Assembly: GCA_002441305.1 (NCBI GenBank)
Contig: DJVT01000009.1
Location: 345,210 to 409,209, forward strand
Source of the DNA: Candidatus Omnitrophica bacterium UBA6249
GTDB taxonomy: Bacteria > Omnitrophota > Gorgyraeia > Gygaellales > Profunditerraquicolaceae
Direction: 5' to 3'
DNA length: 64,000 nucleotides
Part shown: positions 21,786 to 32,544 of the stretch, one piece after another
Numbering within the stretch: the stretch's first letter is position 1
How the letters are laid out: every line of letters begins with the position of its first letter
The notes under the pieces: generated by a model
What the model was told of the DNA's origin: nothing
Databases searched by the model: none
What the model saw: the letters and a program-made list of their open reading frames with translations, nothing else
Made by a program: the position numbers and the translations under genes

Positions 21786-22889
21786 TTAGACGATAGTCTC
21801 TTCGGTGCCCTTGTCGAAGAAATGGACTTTGCTCATATCGAAGACCACATCCATCTCCTGGTTGACCTTCGGCCGGTCATGTGCGCCGACACGGGCGATA
21901 AAGGTATGCCTGCCCGTATTCAAATAAAGGTACACCTCTGAACCCATCGGTTCGAAGACTTCGCAATTAACCTTTACGATGTTCTCGGGAGGAGCCTCGG
22001 ACACAAACAGCTTATCGTAGATGTCCTCCGAACGTATGCCGAAAAGCACATCTTTGCCGACATAAGGAAGCATTTTCTTGTACATATCCTCGACGACCTT
22101 GACCTGTATCTTACCCTCGTCGAAATAAAGCCTGCCCTCTTTTTTGATTATCCTGCCCTGCATGATATTCATAGGAGGGGAACCGATAAAGCTGGCTACA
22201 AATTTATTCTTGGGATGGTCGTATACGTCTATCGGGTCATCCAGCTGGTTAAGCACCCCGTCTTTCATTACGGCGATGCGGTCCCCCATGGTCATGGCCT
22301 CCACCTGGTCATGGGTAACATAAATAATGGTGGTCTGAAGCCTTATGTGCAGTTTGTGGATCTCCGTGCGCATCTGCACGCGCATCTTGGCGTCAAGGTT
22401 GCTCAGGGGCTCGTCAAACAAGAAAACCATGGGCTTGCGTACGATCGCCCTGCCCACGGCCACTCTCTGCCTTTCCCCCCCGGAAAGCTCGCGCGGCTTC
22501 CGGTTAAGCAGGCGTTTTATCCCCAGGATGTCCGCGGCCTCGTTGACCCTCTGGGCGATCTCCTGCTTGGGTATATGCCTCAGGCGCAGGCCGAAAGACA
22601 TATTCTCAAAAACGGTCATATGCGGATACAAAGCGTAATTCTGGAAAACCATGGCTATATCTCGGTCTTTCGCCGGGATATCGTTTACGCGCTTGTTGCC
22701 TATAAATATATCCCCCGAACTTATATCCTCAAGCCCGGCGATCATCCTCAAGGTCGTGGACTTGCCGCATCCCGAAGGGCCGACCATAACCATGAATTCT
22801 TTGTTCTCGATACCCAAGTTAACATTATTCACCGCCATTACGTTTCCCGGAAAGATCTTACAGACATTCTTTAAGCTTACCTGAGCCAT
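21786..22889 (-). CDS. ABC transporter ATP-binding protein, MalK/UgpC/MsmX type
   Basis: 367 aa with Walker [10 protein letters not shown], signature LSGGERQR, Walker [10 protein letters not shown] and a C-terminal regulatory TOBE-like domain. No permease gene lies adjacent. Confidence 0.9.
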   Translation of the reverse strand: MAQVSLKNVCKIFPGNVMAVNNVNLGIENKEFMVMVGPSGCGKSTTLRMIAGLEDISSGDIFIGNKRVNDIPAKDRDIAMVFQNYALYPHMTVFENMSFGLRLRHIPKQEIAQRVNEAADILGIKRLLNRKPRELSGGERQRVAVGRAIVRKPMVFLFDEPLSNLDAKMRVQMRTEIHKLHIRLQTTIIYVTHDQVEAMTMGDRIAVMKDGVLNQLDDPIDVYDHPKNKFVASFIGSPPMNIMQGRIIKKEGRLYFDEGKIQVKVVEDMYKKMLPYVGKDVLFGIRSEDIYDKLFVSEAPPENIVKVNCEVFEPMGSEVYLYLNTGRHTFIARVGAHDRPKVNQEMDVVFDMSKVHFFDKGTEETIV

Positions 22890-22937
22890 TTTCCTTTACT
22901 CCTTAGTATGGTGATTATATATATTCATTATATAGGC

Positions 22938-23777
22938 TCAACCGAAATAATCAAGTAAACGGCTGAGATTTTCTTTCATGTTCTTGCGGTGAACGATCAT
23001 ATCGATAAGGCCGTGCTCCAGGAGAAACTCGGAACGCTGGAACCCTACCGGCAGTTTCTGCCTTATGGTCTGCTCGATTACCCTCGGCCCGGTAAAGCCT
23101 ATCAAGGCCTTGGGTTCAGCCATGATTATATCCCCTACTCCTGCGAAAGAAGCCATTATCCCCGCCATAGTAGGATTGGTAAGCACGGACACGTATAGAA
23201 GGCCCGCTTTGCGGTGGTAAGAAAGCGCTCCGCAGGTCTTGGCCATCTGCATGAGGCTGAACATCCCTTCGTACATACGCGCCCCGCCGCCCGAGCCGGA
23301 AACTATGATCACGGGAAGCTTACTCTTGGTAGCGAACTCTATCGCCCGGGTTATCTTTTCCCCCACCACGGATCCCATAGACCCCATGATAAAACGGGAG
23401 TCGGTAACCGCGATCACCGCGCGTATTCCGTTGATTTTTCCTTCGCCCGAGACCACGGCATCCTTTAACCCGGTAGCCTCCTGGTCCTGCTTGAGCTTCT
23501 CTTTATATGTCTTCGGCCCCTTGAAATCGAGGGGATCGGCAGAAACCATATCCTTGTCGAACTCTACGAAAGTGTCCTTATCGAAAAGCAGGTTCATCCT
23601 TTCGTATGCGGTCAGCCCGAAGTGATAGTTGCATTTTGGGCATACCCTGAAATTTTCCTCGAGAGTCTTGTTGTAAAGCGTCTCCGAGCAATCCTCGCAT
23701 TTGGTCCACAGCCCCTCGGGGATCTCCTTTTTCTTTACGCGTACTATGGTATATTTCGGCTTGCCGAATAAGGCCAT
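22938..23777 (-). CDS. accD: Acetyl-CoA carboxylase carboxyltransferase beta subunit
   Basis: 279 aa with the N-terminal zinc ribbon CEDCSETLY...CPKCNYH and a carboxyltransferase core. Confidence 0.9.
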   Translation of the reverse strand: MALFGKPKYTIVRVKKKEIPEGLWTKCEDCSETLYNKTLEENFRVCPKCNYHFGLTAYERMNLLFDKDTFVEFDKDMVSADPLDFKGPKTYKEKLKQDQEATGLKDAVVSGEGKINGIRAVIAVTDSRFIMGSMGSVVGEKITRAIEFATKSKLPVIIVSGSGGGARMYEGMFSLMQMAKTCGALSYHRKAGLLYVSVLTNPTMAGIMASFAGVGDIIMAEPKALIGFTGPRVIEQTIRQKLPVGFQRSEFLLEHGLIDMIVHRKNMKENLSRLLDYFG

Positions 23778-23782
23778 CTTCG

Positions 23783-25078
23783 CTAAATATCCCTTTCTTC
23801 CAGTTTATTGATTGCCAGCCCGGAAAGCACCTTGGGATAAAAATAAGTGGATTTCGGAGGCATCTTATTACCACCCAGGGCCACGTTGATAATCTGTTCT
23901 ATCTTCACGGGATTCAGAAAAAAAGCTATTTTCATCGGGTCGGCATCCACCTCCCGGACAAACTCCTCCGCGTCCGGCTCATACCTTACGTTCGGCAGGT
24001 TGTCCAGGTCAAAATCGAGGATATTTTTCAAGACGAGGTAATTCAGGATCGCCACATCCAGGGTCCTGTATTCCTTCGGCTTATCGGAAATAATCCTGTC
24101 CAGTATTTTTATATTCTTCAACCTGAGCAGGAAATATTTTCCGTCTTTATAGACGCCTATAAGGTGCTCCGAACAGCCGGCCTTTTCCAGGAGAAAAAAG
24201 AAACGCACTTTATCCTTGACCTGGTCAACATCGAAGTATTCTTTCGCCCTGGAGATAAAATCATTCAGGTCCAGCTCTTTGCCGAGAGTAAAAAGACGGT
24301 GGATGGGTGAAATGGAAAGCCCCCGGGAATCGGTATTTGTAAAATACGACATGCAATAATTAAAATCCTCTTCGCCGGAAAAGTTCTGGCCCAGTTTCTC
24401 GCGCATGAGATTGCGGTAAGCGCACGATACTTCGTAACGGTGGTGGCCGTCGGCTATAAACATATTCTCGCTCTCCATGCTCGATTCCACCATCTCAAGA
24501 ACCTCCGGGTCATCCAGCCTCCACAACCTGTGGATCGTCTTTTCGCCGTCAACAACCTCGATAAAAGGGCGCTTGCTCCATATATACTTATGGAAAAGAC
24601 GCTGGATAATCCTTTTCTTATCCAGAAAGATAACAAAAATCGGGCTGAGGTTGGCTTTTACCTGTTTGACCAGGTTGAAACGGTCCTGCTTGGCTTCCGC
24701 GTGGGTATTCTCATGCCCGAAAACCGCCGAACCTTTCTCATCCCCCAGCCTCAACAAGGATATGAAGCCATGGCGGGTCTTCTTTTCCCCCCTGATAACG
24801 TACTGCTGGCTGTAAAAATAAATCGCCGGCTTTGCGTCACGGACAAGTATATCGTCTTTTAGCCATTCCCGGAACAAAGAAGCGGCATTGCTGTACTTGT
24901 CTTTTCCCGAAGAATCCCTGGAAAGCAAGATATGGATAAGGTTATAAGGCGACCTCTCCCGGTAAGACTCCTGGGCCGAAGGAGAAATAACGTCGTATGG
25001 AGGACACACGACGTTATTGAAATCTTCTATACGCTCCGGGTTATATACTAACGCTTGGAAAGCTTTTACCTTGCTCAT
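23783..25078 (-). CDS. DUF1015 family protein
   Basis: 431 aa with the family-diagnostic FIADGHHRYE motif. Confidence 0.75.
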   Translation of the reverse strand: MSKVKAFQALVYNPERIEDFNNVVCPPYDVISPSAQESYRERSPYNLIHILLSRDSSGKDKYSNAASLFREWLKDDILVRDAKPAIYFYSQQYVIRGEKKTRHGFISLLRLGDEKGSAVFGHENTHAEAKQDRFNLVKQVKANLSPIFVIFLDKKRIIQRLFHKYIWSKRPFIEVVDGEKTIHRLWRLDDPEVLEMVESSMESENMFIADGHHRYEVSCAYRNLMREKLGQNFSGEEDFNYCMSYFTNTDSRGLSISPIHRLFTLGKELDLNDFISRAKEYFDVDQVKDKVRFFFLLEKAGCSEHLIGVYKDGKYFLLRLKNIKILDRIISDKPKEYRTLDVAILNYLVLKNILDFDLDNLPNVRYEPDAEEFVREVDADPMKIAFFLNPVKIEQIINVALGGNKMPPKSTYFYPKVLSGLAINKLEERDI

Positions 25079-25166
25079 TAAAAATACATTAAAGTTTGGT
25101 TAAAACAATATGTAGAGTATTTTATCATATAAAACAATAAAAACAATGATTTTAAAGCTTTTTTAA

Positions 25167-25427
25167 TCAATGGCTGGAACAACCGGTGCAGCCCTGGCCG
25201 GCTTGGGGGCAGGAAACAGGCTTACTATCCCCTGAAGGGACACCCGCCTTTTTGTAGTCCGTAGCGTAAAACCCGGGGCCCTTGAATATAAACCCCCCGG
25301 TACTGCTGATAAGCTTCCTCACCTTCTTGGAGCACTTGGGGCATTTTGTCACAGGCTTGGCTTTTATGCTCTGCAAAACCTCGAATCTATGCTTGCATGA
25401 TAAACATTCATATTCATAAGTAGGCAT
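25167..25427 (-). CDS. FmdB family zinc-ribbon protein
   Basis: 86 aa starting MPTYEYECLSCKHRFEV...CPKC. Confidence 0.8.
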   Translation of the reverse strand: MPTYEYECLSCKHRFEVLQSIKAKPVTKCPKCSKKVRKLISSTGGFIFKGPGFYATDYKKAGVPSGDSKPVSCPQAGQGCTGCSSH

Positions 25428-25444
25428 ACAATTCTCCTTTTGTC

Positions 25445-26608
25445 TTACCGGAATGTCTTCTTTATCCTTTCACTGAAGCTGTCTTTCGGGTTATCTGACT
25501 CCCCGCCGGCTTTGGCAAATTCCTCGATCAATTGCCTTTGCCGTCCGGACAGCTTGGTGGGAATATCTATGTTCACTTTAACCAGCTCGTCCCCGATATC
25601 GCGTGAATGCAGATCCGGGAATCCTTTTCCCTTAAGGCGGAATGTCTTTCCGCACTGGGTTCCCGGGGGGATCTTCATCATCATCCTTCCGTCCAGCCCC
25701 GGGACCTCCGCCTCCCCCCCGAGTATGGCCTTGGTCAAGCTGATATTCACCGAAGTCGAGATATCATTATGGTGCCTTTCAAAGATATCATGCGGCCTTA
25801 CCTCGATCACAACATACAGGTCGCCGCGGCTGGCCGTTCCAGCTTCGCCTTCCTGGCGTACGCGCAGCTGTGACCCCGTGTCCACCCCGGCCGGGATCTT
25901 GACCTTTATCTTTTTAGTGACCCGCATCCGGCCTTCTCCGTGGCACTCCGGGCAGGGGGCTTGTATTATCGAGCCTTCCCCTCCGCAGCGCTGGCATGTC
26001 TGCGCGAGCTGGAAAAAACCGTTGGAAACCACCGTCCTTCCGGACCCCTTGCAATGGGGGCAGGTGGTCTTCTTCGTTCCCGGTTTCGCCCCGCTGCCTG
26101 CGCATACAGAGCATATTTCATAACGCGGCACGCTGATTATTTTTTCAACCCCGGAAAAAGCCTCCTCCAGGGAAATATCGATAGTTATCTGCAGGTCCCT
26201 GCCGCGCTTCCTTCCCTGCTGCCCCTTGGAATGGCGGGTGCCGAAAATATCAAATCCAAGATCGCTGAATATCTCTTCGAAAATCCCCCCTCCCGAAGAG
26301 AATCCCCCGCCCATGCCCCCAAAGATACTGCTGAAATCCGCGCCTTTGAATATATCCTCCTGGGCATACCTCTGGTCAATCCCTGAATGCCCGTATTTAT
26401 CGTATAAATCCCTTTTCGCGGAATCGGAAAGCACGGCGTAGGCCTCGGAAACCTCCTTGAACCTCTCTTCAGCCTCTTTTTTCTCTTCCGCAGGGACCCT
26501 GTCGGGGTGGAACTTCAAAGCCATCTCGCGGTAGGATTTTCTTATATCCTCCGCGGAAGCATTCTTGGGAATCCCCAGGATTTCATAATAATCACGTTTT
26601 GCGGACAT
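25445..26608 (-). CDS. dnaJ: Molecular chaperone DnaJ
   Basis: J domain (DYYEILG...HPD), G/F-rich linker and four CxxCxGxG zinc repeats. Confidence 0.95.
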   Translation of the reverse strand: MSAKRDYYEILGIPKNASAEDIRKSYREMALKFHPDRVPAEEKKEAEERFKEVSEAYAVLSDSAKRDLYDKYGHSGIDQRYAQEDIFKGADFSSIFGGMGGGFSSGGGIFEEIFSDLGFDIFGTRHSKGQQGRKRGRDLQITIDISLEEAFSGVEKIISVPRYEICSVCAGSGAKPGTKKTTCPHCKGSGRTVVSNGFFQLAQTCQRCGGEGSIIQAPCPECHGEGRMRVTKKIKVKIPAGVDTGSQLRVRQEGEAGTASRGDLYVVIEVRPHDIFERHHNDISTSVNISLTKAILGGEAEVPGLDGRMMMKIPPGTQCGKTFRLKGKGFPDLHSRDIGDELVKVNIDIPTKLSGRQRQLIEEFAKAGGESDNPKDSFSERIKKTFR

Positions 26609-26669
26609 CTACGCACTTCTTTCTATGGACTTTTGGAATACGGACCCCATACAGGGTTTTTCCGTATAC

Positions 26670-28607
26670 TTATTTTTTGTCGTCTTCTTCCTTGTACTCC
26701 GCATCTATAATATCCTCCTTGCCGGGCTGCGAAGAAGGGGCATCCTGCTCAGGCTTTGCCTCCTTTTCCCCTGCCCCTGCCGAAGCGGAAGATTGCTTTG
26801 CGTCTGCCTGCTGCTTGGCCGCCGCCTGCTTGTAAATCTCCTCGGCAAGCTTATGCGAAGACTTGGTCAGGTCGTCCATCCCTTTCTTGATCCTCTCCAC
26901 ATTCTTGTCTTTTACCGCGCCTTTTAAGTCGTTAAGCTTTGCCTCTATATCCGCGCGTTCGGCCTGGGTTACCTTATCGCCGTAATCCTTGAGCGATTTT
27001 TCCGTAGCATAGACAAGATTGTCGGCCTGGTTTACCACCTCGACCTCTTCCTTCTTCTTGCTATCTTCAGAAGCGTACTTTTCGGCCTCGCGCACCATTT
27101 TTTCTATCTCTTCTTTAGACAGCTTTTTCGGGGCGGTAATCTTAATGGACTGCTCCTTGCCCGTGCCAAGGTCCTTGGCGGAAACGTGCACTATGCCGTT
27201 AGCGTCTATATCGAAAGCAACCTCCACCTGGGGCACTCCGCGCGGCGCGGCGGGAATACCCACCAGGTCAAACCTGCCCAGCTCCACGTTGCCCTCTGCA
27301 TCGGCAATCGGGCGTTCCCCCTGGATAACCCTGATAGTAACCGCGGTCTGATTATCCGCTGCCGTGGAGAAAACCTGCGATTTGCGCGTAGGGATAGTAG
27401 TATTTCTTTCTATCAGCTTGGTGTTTACCCCTCCCAACGTCTCGATCCCCAGGGACAGCGGGGTCACGTCGAGTAAAAGCACATCCTTAACATCCCCCTT
27501 GATAATCGCCGCCTGGACCGCAGCGCCAAGCGCCACGCACTCCATAGGGTCTACGCCGCGCTCTATCTTCTTGCCGGTAAAATCCTCCACGAACTTCTGC
27601 ACTATAGGCATACGTGTGGGGCCGCCGACCATGATAATCTTGTCCACCCCTTTATCCGCAAAACTAATCCCTTCTTTCTCGAACGACTCCTTGGCATCTT
27701 TTAAGGCGTTCTCCAGCGGGATCCTGCAGCGCTCTATTATAGGAGCAACCAGCTCCTCCAGTTTCGCCCTGTTGATGCTCATAGTCAAATGCTTCGGGCC
27801 AGAGGCATCCGCAGTAATAAAAGGAAGGTTGATGTCTGTGGTAACCGTGCTGGAAAGCTCCACCTTCGCTTTTTCCGCCGCTTCACGCAGCCTCTGCATA
27901 GCCATCTTGTCGTTTTTAAGGTCTATGCCTGTCTCCTTTTTGAACTCCTTTACGATGTGGTCGATCAAGGCGTTATCCATATCCGTCCCGCCGAGCTGCG
28001 TATCGCCGCTGGTGGCCATTACCTTGAAGCCGCCCTCTTTCCACATCTCCATTATCGTTACATCGAGAGTCCCACCGCCCAAATCAAAAACCAGTATCTT
28101 CAGCTCTTTCCCCGCCTTCTCCAAACCGTAAGCCAGGCATGCGGCTGTAGGCTCGTTTATGATCCTGAGCACCTTCAATCCCGCTATCTCCCCGGCATCC
28201 TTGGTAGCGGTTCTCTGGTTGTCATCAAAATAAGCCGGGCAGGTTATGACTACCTCCTCCACCTTATCCCCCAGATAAGCCTCCGCGTCCTGCTTGACTT
28301 TTTGAAGGATAAAAGAAGATATCTGCTGAGGAGTATATTCTTTTCCAAAAACATTGAACTTGTAATCAGAACCCATTTTGCGCTTAGCCGCCTGAATCGT
28401 GCCTTCGGCGTTTATGGCCGCCTGGCGCCTTGCCGGCTCGCCCACAAGCTTCTGCCCGTCTTTAGTAAAGGCTACGAAAGAAGGGAAAGCCTTGCCTGAG
28501 GCCACTCCCGCGCCTTCGGCCGAAGGGATAATTACCGGTCTGCCGCCTTCCATCACCGCAGCAGCCGAATTGGATGTACCTAAGTCTATTCCGATTACTT
28601 TTGCCAT
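26670..28607 (-). CDS. dnaK: Molecular chaperone DnaK (Hsp70)
   Basis: 645 aa with [18 protein letters not shown] and an acidic C-terminal tail. Confidence 0.97.
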   Translation of the reverse strand: MAKVIGIDLGTSNSAAAVMEGGRPVIIPSAEGAGVASGKAFPSFVAFTKDGQKLVGEPARRQAAINAEGTIQAAKRKMGSDYKFNVFGKEYTPQQISSFILQKVKQDAEAYLGDKVEEVVITCPAYFDDNQRTATKDAGEIAGLKVLRIINEPTAACLAYGLEKAGKELKILVFDLGGGTLDVTIMEMWKEGGFKVMATSGDTQLGGTDMDNALIDHIVKEFKKETGIDLKNDKMAMQRLREAAEKAKVELSSTVTTDINLPFITADASGPKHLTMSINRAKLEELVAPIIERCRIPLENALKDAKESFEKEGISFADKGVDKIIMVGGPTRMPIVQKFVEDFTGKKIERGVDPMECVALGAAVQAAIIKGDVKDVLLLDVTPLSLGIETLGGVNTKLIERNTTIPTRKSQVFSTAADNQTAVTIRVIQGERPIADAEGNVELGRFDLVGIPAAPRGVPQVEVAFDIDANGIVHVSAKDLGTGKEQSIKITAPKKLSKEEIEKMVREAEKYASEDSKKKEEVEVVNQADNLVYATEKSLKDYGDKVTQAERADIEAKLNDLKGAVKDKNVERIKKGMDDLTKSSHKLAEEIYKQAAAKQQADAKQSSASAGAGEKEAKPEQDAPSSQPGKEDIIDAEYKEEDDKK

Positions 28608-28636
28608 GTTTTCCTCCTTATTGCTATTGCTGAAAT

Positions 28637-29185
28637 TTATTTTTTGGAAACTTTCACCTTGGCGGTCCTGATTACCCGCTCATGCATCAAATAACCCTTT
28701 TGCAACACCTCGACTATAGTATTCTCGGGAAGGTCCTTGTTTTCTACCTGCATCAAGGCTTCATGGTAATTCGGGTCAAATACCCGCCCTTCTGCATCGA
28801 CCGGTTTTACCCCGTGCGTCTTAAGCAGTTCATAGAGATGCGCCAATATCATCTCTACGCCTTTCAGGAAAGCATCGAGGTCCTCGTGCTTATCCTCTGC
28901 CAGATTGATAACCCTTTCCAGATCGTCCAATATATTGAGCAGCTCCAGGACTACCCCCTCGCTGGCATACTTAAAAAAATCCTGCTTTTCTCTCTCCAGA
29001 CGTTTACGCATATTCTCAAAATCCGCCTGGGAACGAATCATCCTATCCTGCAGCTCTTTGGCTGTTTCAAAGGCATTCTTGAGTTCGGCGTACTCGGATT
29101 CCTTAATCGTCACCATGCCGTCATTCTTGGCATCCTTGGCTTCTTTATGGCTTTCCTGGTTGTCTTTCTTGTCTTCCGTCTTCAT
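28637..29185 (-). CDS. grpE: Nucleotide exchange factor GrpE
   Basis: 182 aa with [12 protein letters not shown] and a C-terminal beta domain. It lies in the hrcA-grpE-dnaK-dnaJ order. Confidence 0.9.
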   Translation of the reverse strand: MKTEDKKDNQESHKEAKDAKNDGMVTIKESEYAELKNAFETAKELQDRMIRSQADFENMRKRLEREKQDFFKYASEGVVLELLNILDDLERVINLAEDKHEDLDAFLKGVEMILAHLYELLKTHGVKPVDAEGRVFDPNYHEALMQVENKDLPENTIVEVLQKGYLMHERVIRTAKVKVSKK

Positions 29186-29916
29186 ATCTCGTTAAGCACC
29201 TCCGTTAAAACGTCGGAAATATACCGCATGACCGGGATAATGTGGTCATATTCCATGCGCATCGGGCCGAGTACGGCAAGCCTCCCGGAAGGGCGGTCAT
29301 TGATCCTGTAGCTGGTGACTATGAGCGAGCAGTTCTCCATCTCCGGAAGGCCTATCTCCCCGCCGATATAAATTTTTACCTTATCCGAAAAATCGCGGTT
29401 GACGATATCCAAAAGCCTGCTTTTATCTTCTACCAGCCTTACCAGGAGCCTTATCTTGTCGATATCCCTGAATTCCGGCTGATCCAGTATGCGGCTTATC
29501 CCCTTATAGAACATCTTGTCCTGCCACTCCAAAAAAGAGACTATGCCGGCATAATGGGTAATCTCGGAGATCACCTCGGAGGTATTCTCCAGAGCATCAT
29601 CCAGGCGGCGTATCTTTTTCTTGCATTCTTTGAGGATACTCTCCTTCTCCTCGTCGAGAAGCTCGATTTGATTGATGAGGAAATCCACATAGTAACGGTA
29701 CCCCCTATCCGTAGGCACCCTCCCCCCGGAAGTATAAGGATGTTTTAAATACCCGGACTCATCGAGTTCGGAGAATATATTCCTTATGGTAGCCGAACTC
29801 AAATCAAACTCTTCGGCCATATCCTCGGAGGCTACGGGAACCGCGCTCCTGATATAACGGCTGATTGCCGAGTTCAAGATCATTTTCCTGCGGGAATTAT
29901 AATCGATATTACGCAC
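29182..29916 (-). CDS. hrcA: Heat-inducible transcription repressor HrcA (short form, 244 aa)
   Basis: Its N-terminal winged helix reads PVASEDMAEEFDLSSATIRNIFSELDESGYL..P.TSGGRVPTDRGYRYYVD. A CIRCE operator lies upstream. Confidence 0.85.
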   Translation of the reverse strand: MRNIDYNSRRKMILNSAISRYIRSAVPVASEDMAEEFDLSSATIRNIFSELDESGYLKHPYTSGGRVPTDRGYRYYVDFLINQIELLDEEKESILKECKKKIRRLDDALENTSEVISEITHYAGIVSFLEWQDKMFYKGISRILDQPEFRDIDKIRLLVRLVEDKSRLLDIVNRDFSDKVKIYIGGEIGLPEMENCSLIVTSYRINDRPSGRLAVLGPMRMEYDHIIPVMRYISDVLTEVLNEI

Positions 29917-29993
29917 GCTTCTCCTCTTTCATAAGCTCTTAAAATTTACGCTAAGGGGTAATTTTAGCACAAACTGGCGCTTTGTCAATAATA

Positions 29994-30020
29994 TTAGCAC
30001 TTAAATCATGAGAGTGCTAA
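29994..30020 (-). promoter_or_regulatory. CIRCE operator (HrcA binding site)
   Basis: TTAGCACTT-N9-GAGTGCTAA matches the consensus TTAGCACTC-N9-GAGTGCTAA at all but one position. It sits 78 nt upstream of the hrcA start. Confidence 0.9.
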
Positions 30021-30036
30021 TATCAGGTTAAAAAAA

Positions 30037-30291
30037 TCAGAACTCTTTCTCCAGTATGATTTTCACGCCATGAATGTTCACGTGTTTCTTCTCCATCAAA
30101 TAATGCACGTATTCGAGTTTTTTCAGGTCTTTGAATGAATACAGGCGGTTCCCTTTACCTGCCCGCTTAGCGCGCACCACTCCCGCCTTATCCAGCTGCC
30201 GCAAGGTCCATACAGGTATATCCACCAGCCTGCACACCACCCCGATCACATACACCGGGTCTTCCGGGTCTATTTTTACCCTATAAGGCAT
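30037..30291 (-). CDS. MerR family HTH regulator (HspR-like position upstream of the dnaK operon)
   Basis: VYVIGVVCRLVDIPVWTLRQLDKAGVV is a MerR-type HTH. I moved the start to the ATG at 30291 (MPYRVK, preceded by GGAGGGG) because the promoter below overlaps the longer ORF-track start. Confidence 0.65.
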   Translation of the reverse strand: MPYRVKIDPEDPVYVIGVVCRLVDIPVWTLRQLDKAGVVRAKRAGKGNRLYSFKDLKKLEYVHYLMEKKHVNIHGVKIILEKEF

Positions 30292-30309
30292 GCCCCTCCG
30301 CATGGAAAG

Positions 30310-30338
30310 AGTATAACACAACTAATACATATTGTCAA
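30310..30338 (-). promoter_or_regulatory. Sigma-70-type promoter candidate for the MerR-like gene / heat-shock operon
   Basis: The minus strand reads TTGACA (30338-30333), a 17-nt spacer, then TATACT (30315-30310). Confidence 0.5.
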
Positions 30339-30365
30339 GTAGAATGATTATTATAATTAGATAAT

Positions 30366-31625
30366 CTAACAGATAATGCGCATCTCGCCGTGCCTGTTGA
30401 GCTGCTCGAAAAGGCTGCGCGGCATCCTGAGGCTTATGCTTACCCCCTCCTCGAGATAGTCTATTTTGTCTATCCTGGCCTGGCGGTAAAGCATATCCAC
30501 AAGCTTCATCGAGGAATGCGGTACGAGGACTTTTAAATCCGCGATCATTCCCGAAAAATACTCCCCCATGCGCCTGATCAGCCCTTCCATATTCTCGCCG
30601 GTCTTTGCGGACAGCACCACAGCTTCGGCAAACTCGTTTTTTTGCAGTTCCAACCAGCTCCTGTCGCAAACCAGGTCGACTTTATTCAAAGCTGTAAGGA
30701 AAGGCTTGTCGGACAGTCCAAGCTCATCCAGCACTTCGCGTACCGATTCTTCGTGTTCATGCACGCGCTGGTCGGATATATCAAGCACATAGATGAGTAG
30801 ATCCGCTTCCTTCACCTCCTCCAGTGTGGCCTTGAAGGCCTCGATCAGATGATGCGGAAGCTCATGCAGGAACCCAACGGTATCTGAAATAATAACATCC
30901 TGTCCGTTTTCCAGCCGCAGGGCTTTCGAGAGCGGGTCCAGCGTGGTAAAGAGTTTTTCCGATACCGGCTGAGACGATCCCGTCAAGCGGTTAAGCAAGG
31001 TGGATTTTCCCGCAGAGGTATAACCGATAAGCGCCACTAAGGGCAGGCAGCTATTCTTCCTTCTCTTATTGATCGTACGCCGGTGCGACCTGAATGATTC
31101 CAGGTCGCTCTTTAATTTCCCTATCCTCTTCCTGACCTGGCGCCGGTCGACCTCGAGTTTCGTTTCTCCCGGCCCTCTAGTCCCTATGCCGCCGCCTAAA
31201 CGCGAAAGCATAATCCCTTTGCCTGTCAGGCGGGGAAGAAGATACTCCAGTAAAGCGAGCTCCACCTGGGTCTTTCCCTCGGGGCTTTTGGCCCTCTTGC
31301 TGAAAATATCAAGGATCAGCTGGGTGCGGTCTATGGTCTTCCTACCTATGACGCCCTCCAGATTACGCTGCTGGGTGCCGGAAAGGTCATGGCTGAAGAT
31401 CACGGTATCGGCATTCTCATCCGCGGATAAGAGGGCGATCTCCTCCACCTTGCCTCTTCCTACGAGATAAGCAGCGGACGGCTTCTCGCATACGCAAACA
31501 AGATGCCCGGCAATCCCTACACCGGCCGAGGAAACAAGCTCCTCAAGTTCGGAAGAAACATCCTCCATGCGCCAGCGCCGCCTTTCGCTCTTTATTTCTA
31601 TACTTACCAAAACAGCTCTTTCCAT
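30366..31625 (-). CDS. hflX: GTPase HflX
   Basis: 419 aa with the HflX N-terminal domain and the G motifs GYTSAGKST, DTVGF and NKVD. Confidence 0.9.
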   Translation of the reverse strand: MERAVLVSIEIKSERRRWRMEDVSSELEELVSSAGVGIAGHLVCVCEKPSAAYLVGRGKVEEIALLSADENADTVIFSHDLSGTQQRNLEGVIGRKTIDRTQLILDIFSKRAKSPEGKTQVELALLEYLLPRLTGKGIMLSRLGGGIGTRGPGETKLEVDRRQVRKRIGKLKSDLESFRSHRRTINKRRKNSCLPLVALIGYTSAGKSTLLNRLTGSSQPVSEKLFTTLDPLSKALRLENGQDVIISDTVGFLHELPHHLIEAFKATLEEVKEADLLIYVLDISDQRVHEHEESVREVLDELGLSDKPFLTALNKVDLVCDRSWLELQKNEFAEAVVLSAKTGENMEGLIRRMGEYFSGMIADLKVLVPHSSMKLVDMLYRQARIDKIDYLEEGVSISLRMPRSLFEQLNRHGEMRIIC

Positions 31626-31626
31626 A

Positions 31627-32544
31627 TCAATCCCCGTCTTTCAAAAGAGAATAAATCCTTCCGGCGATACGCTCCGGTGCATCCCTCCTGCCGGCTTCAA
31701 CCCAAATAATGCGCTTATCCTTTCTGAACCAAGTAAGCTGGCGCTTGGCGTAACGCCTGCTGTTCCTTTTGATAAGCTCCTTGGCGCTGTCCAAAGAAAT
31801 TTCGCCCTTAAAATAACTTTTAAGCTCCCGCAACCCTATGGCATAACGCGCGGTCCTGCTCAGCCTGCGCCCAAGCAGACTCTTGGCCTCTTTTAACAGG
31901 CCAAGCGAAAACATCTTCTCCACTCTCGCGTCTATCCTGGCATACAGGTCATTACGATCCATACTCAAACAAAATATGCGCACGGTATGCGTATCCGCCA
32001 GCCCGTTGCGCCTCTTTTGCAGGGCGGATATGGGATGGCCGGTGCTCTCGTACACCTCGAGAGCGCGCACGATACGTTTTTTATCGTGGAGATGTATCTT
32101 CTTAGAGGCCTCCGGGTCAACCTTGGCCAGGCGCCTGGCCAAGATTCCGCCGTCCAATGCCTCCAGGCTTGCGCGCAGCCCGGGCAGGGTTTCCCGTTCC
32201 TCGAATATGCCATCGACAAGAGAAGAAAGATAAAGGCCGGTTCCGCCGGTAAAAAGCGGTGTCCTCCCCCTGCTGAAAATTTCCTTCACGGACTTCAAGG
32301 CCAGACGCCTGTATGCGGAAACGTTCCACTCCTTTTGCGGGCTGACTACTCCCAGCAAATGATGTTTAACCGATTTCAACAAAGCCCTGCGCGGGGCTGA
32401 GGTAATTATATTCATATCCTTGTATATCTGCATTGAATCGCAGGATATGATTTCTCCTCCTATCTTCTTCGCCAATTTCACCGAGACTTCGGTCTTTCCG
32501 ATCCCGGTCGGACCCACCAAGAATACCACCATGTCACAAGGCAC
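31627..32544 (-). CDS. miaA: tRNA dimethylallyltransferase MiaA
   Basis: 305 aa with the P-loop GPTGIGKT and DSMQIYKDMNIITSAP. Confidence 0.9.
   Translation of the reverse strand: MPCDMVVFLVGPTGIGKTEVSVKLAKKIGGEIISCDSMQIYKDMNIITSAPRRALLKSVKHHLLGVVSPQKEWNVSAYRRLALKSVKEIFSRGRTPLFTGGTGLYLSSLVDGIFEERETLPGLRASLEALDGGILARRLAKVDPEASKKIHLHDKKRIVRALEVYESTGHPISALQKRRNGLADTHTVRIFCLSMDRNDLYARIDARVEKMFSLGLLKEAKSLLGRRLSRTARYAIGLRELKSYFKGEISLDSAKELIKRNSRRYAKRQLTWFRKDKRIIWVEAGRRDAPERIAGRIYSLLKDGD

Noticed and set aside
30322-30669. A 115-aa ORF, together with the longer 94-aa start of the MerR-like gene at 30321.
   Set aside because: The 115-aa ORF is out of frame inside hflX and has an Arg/Gly/Ala-rich translation. 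The 30321 start would place the coding sequence on top of the TTGACA-17-TATACT promoter, so I chose the downstream ATG at 30291, which has a good RBS.
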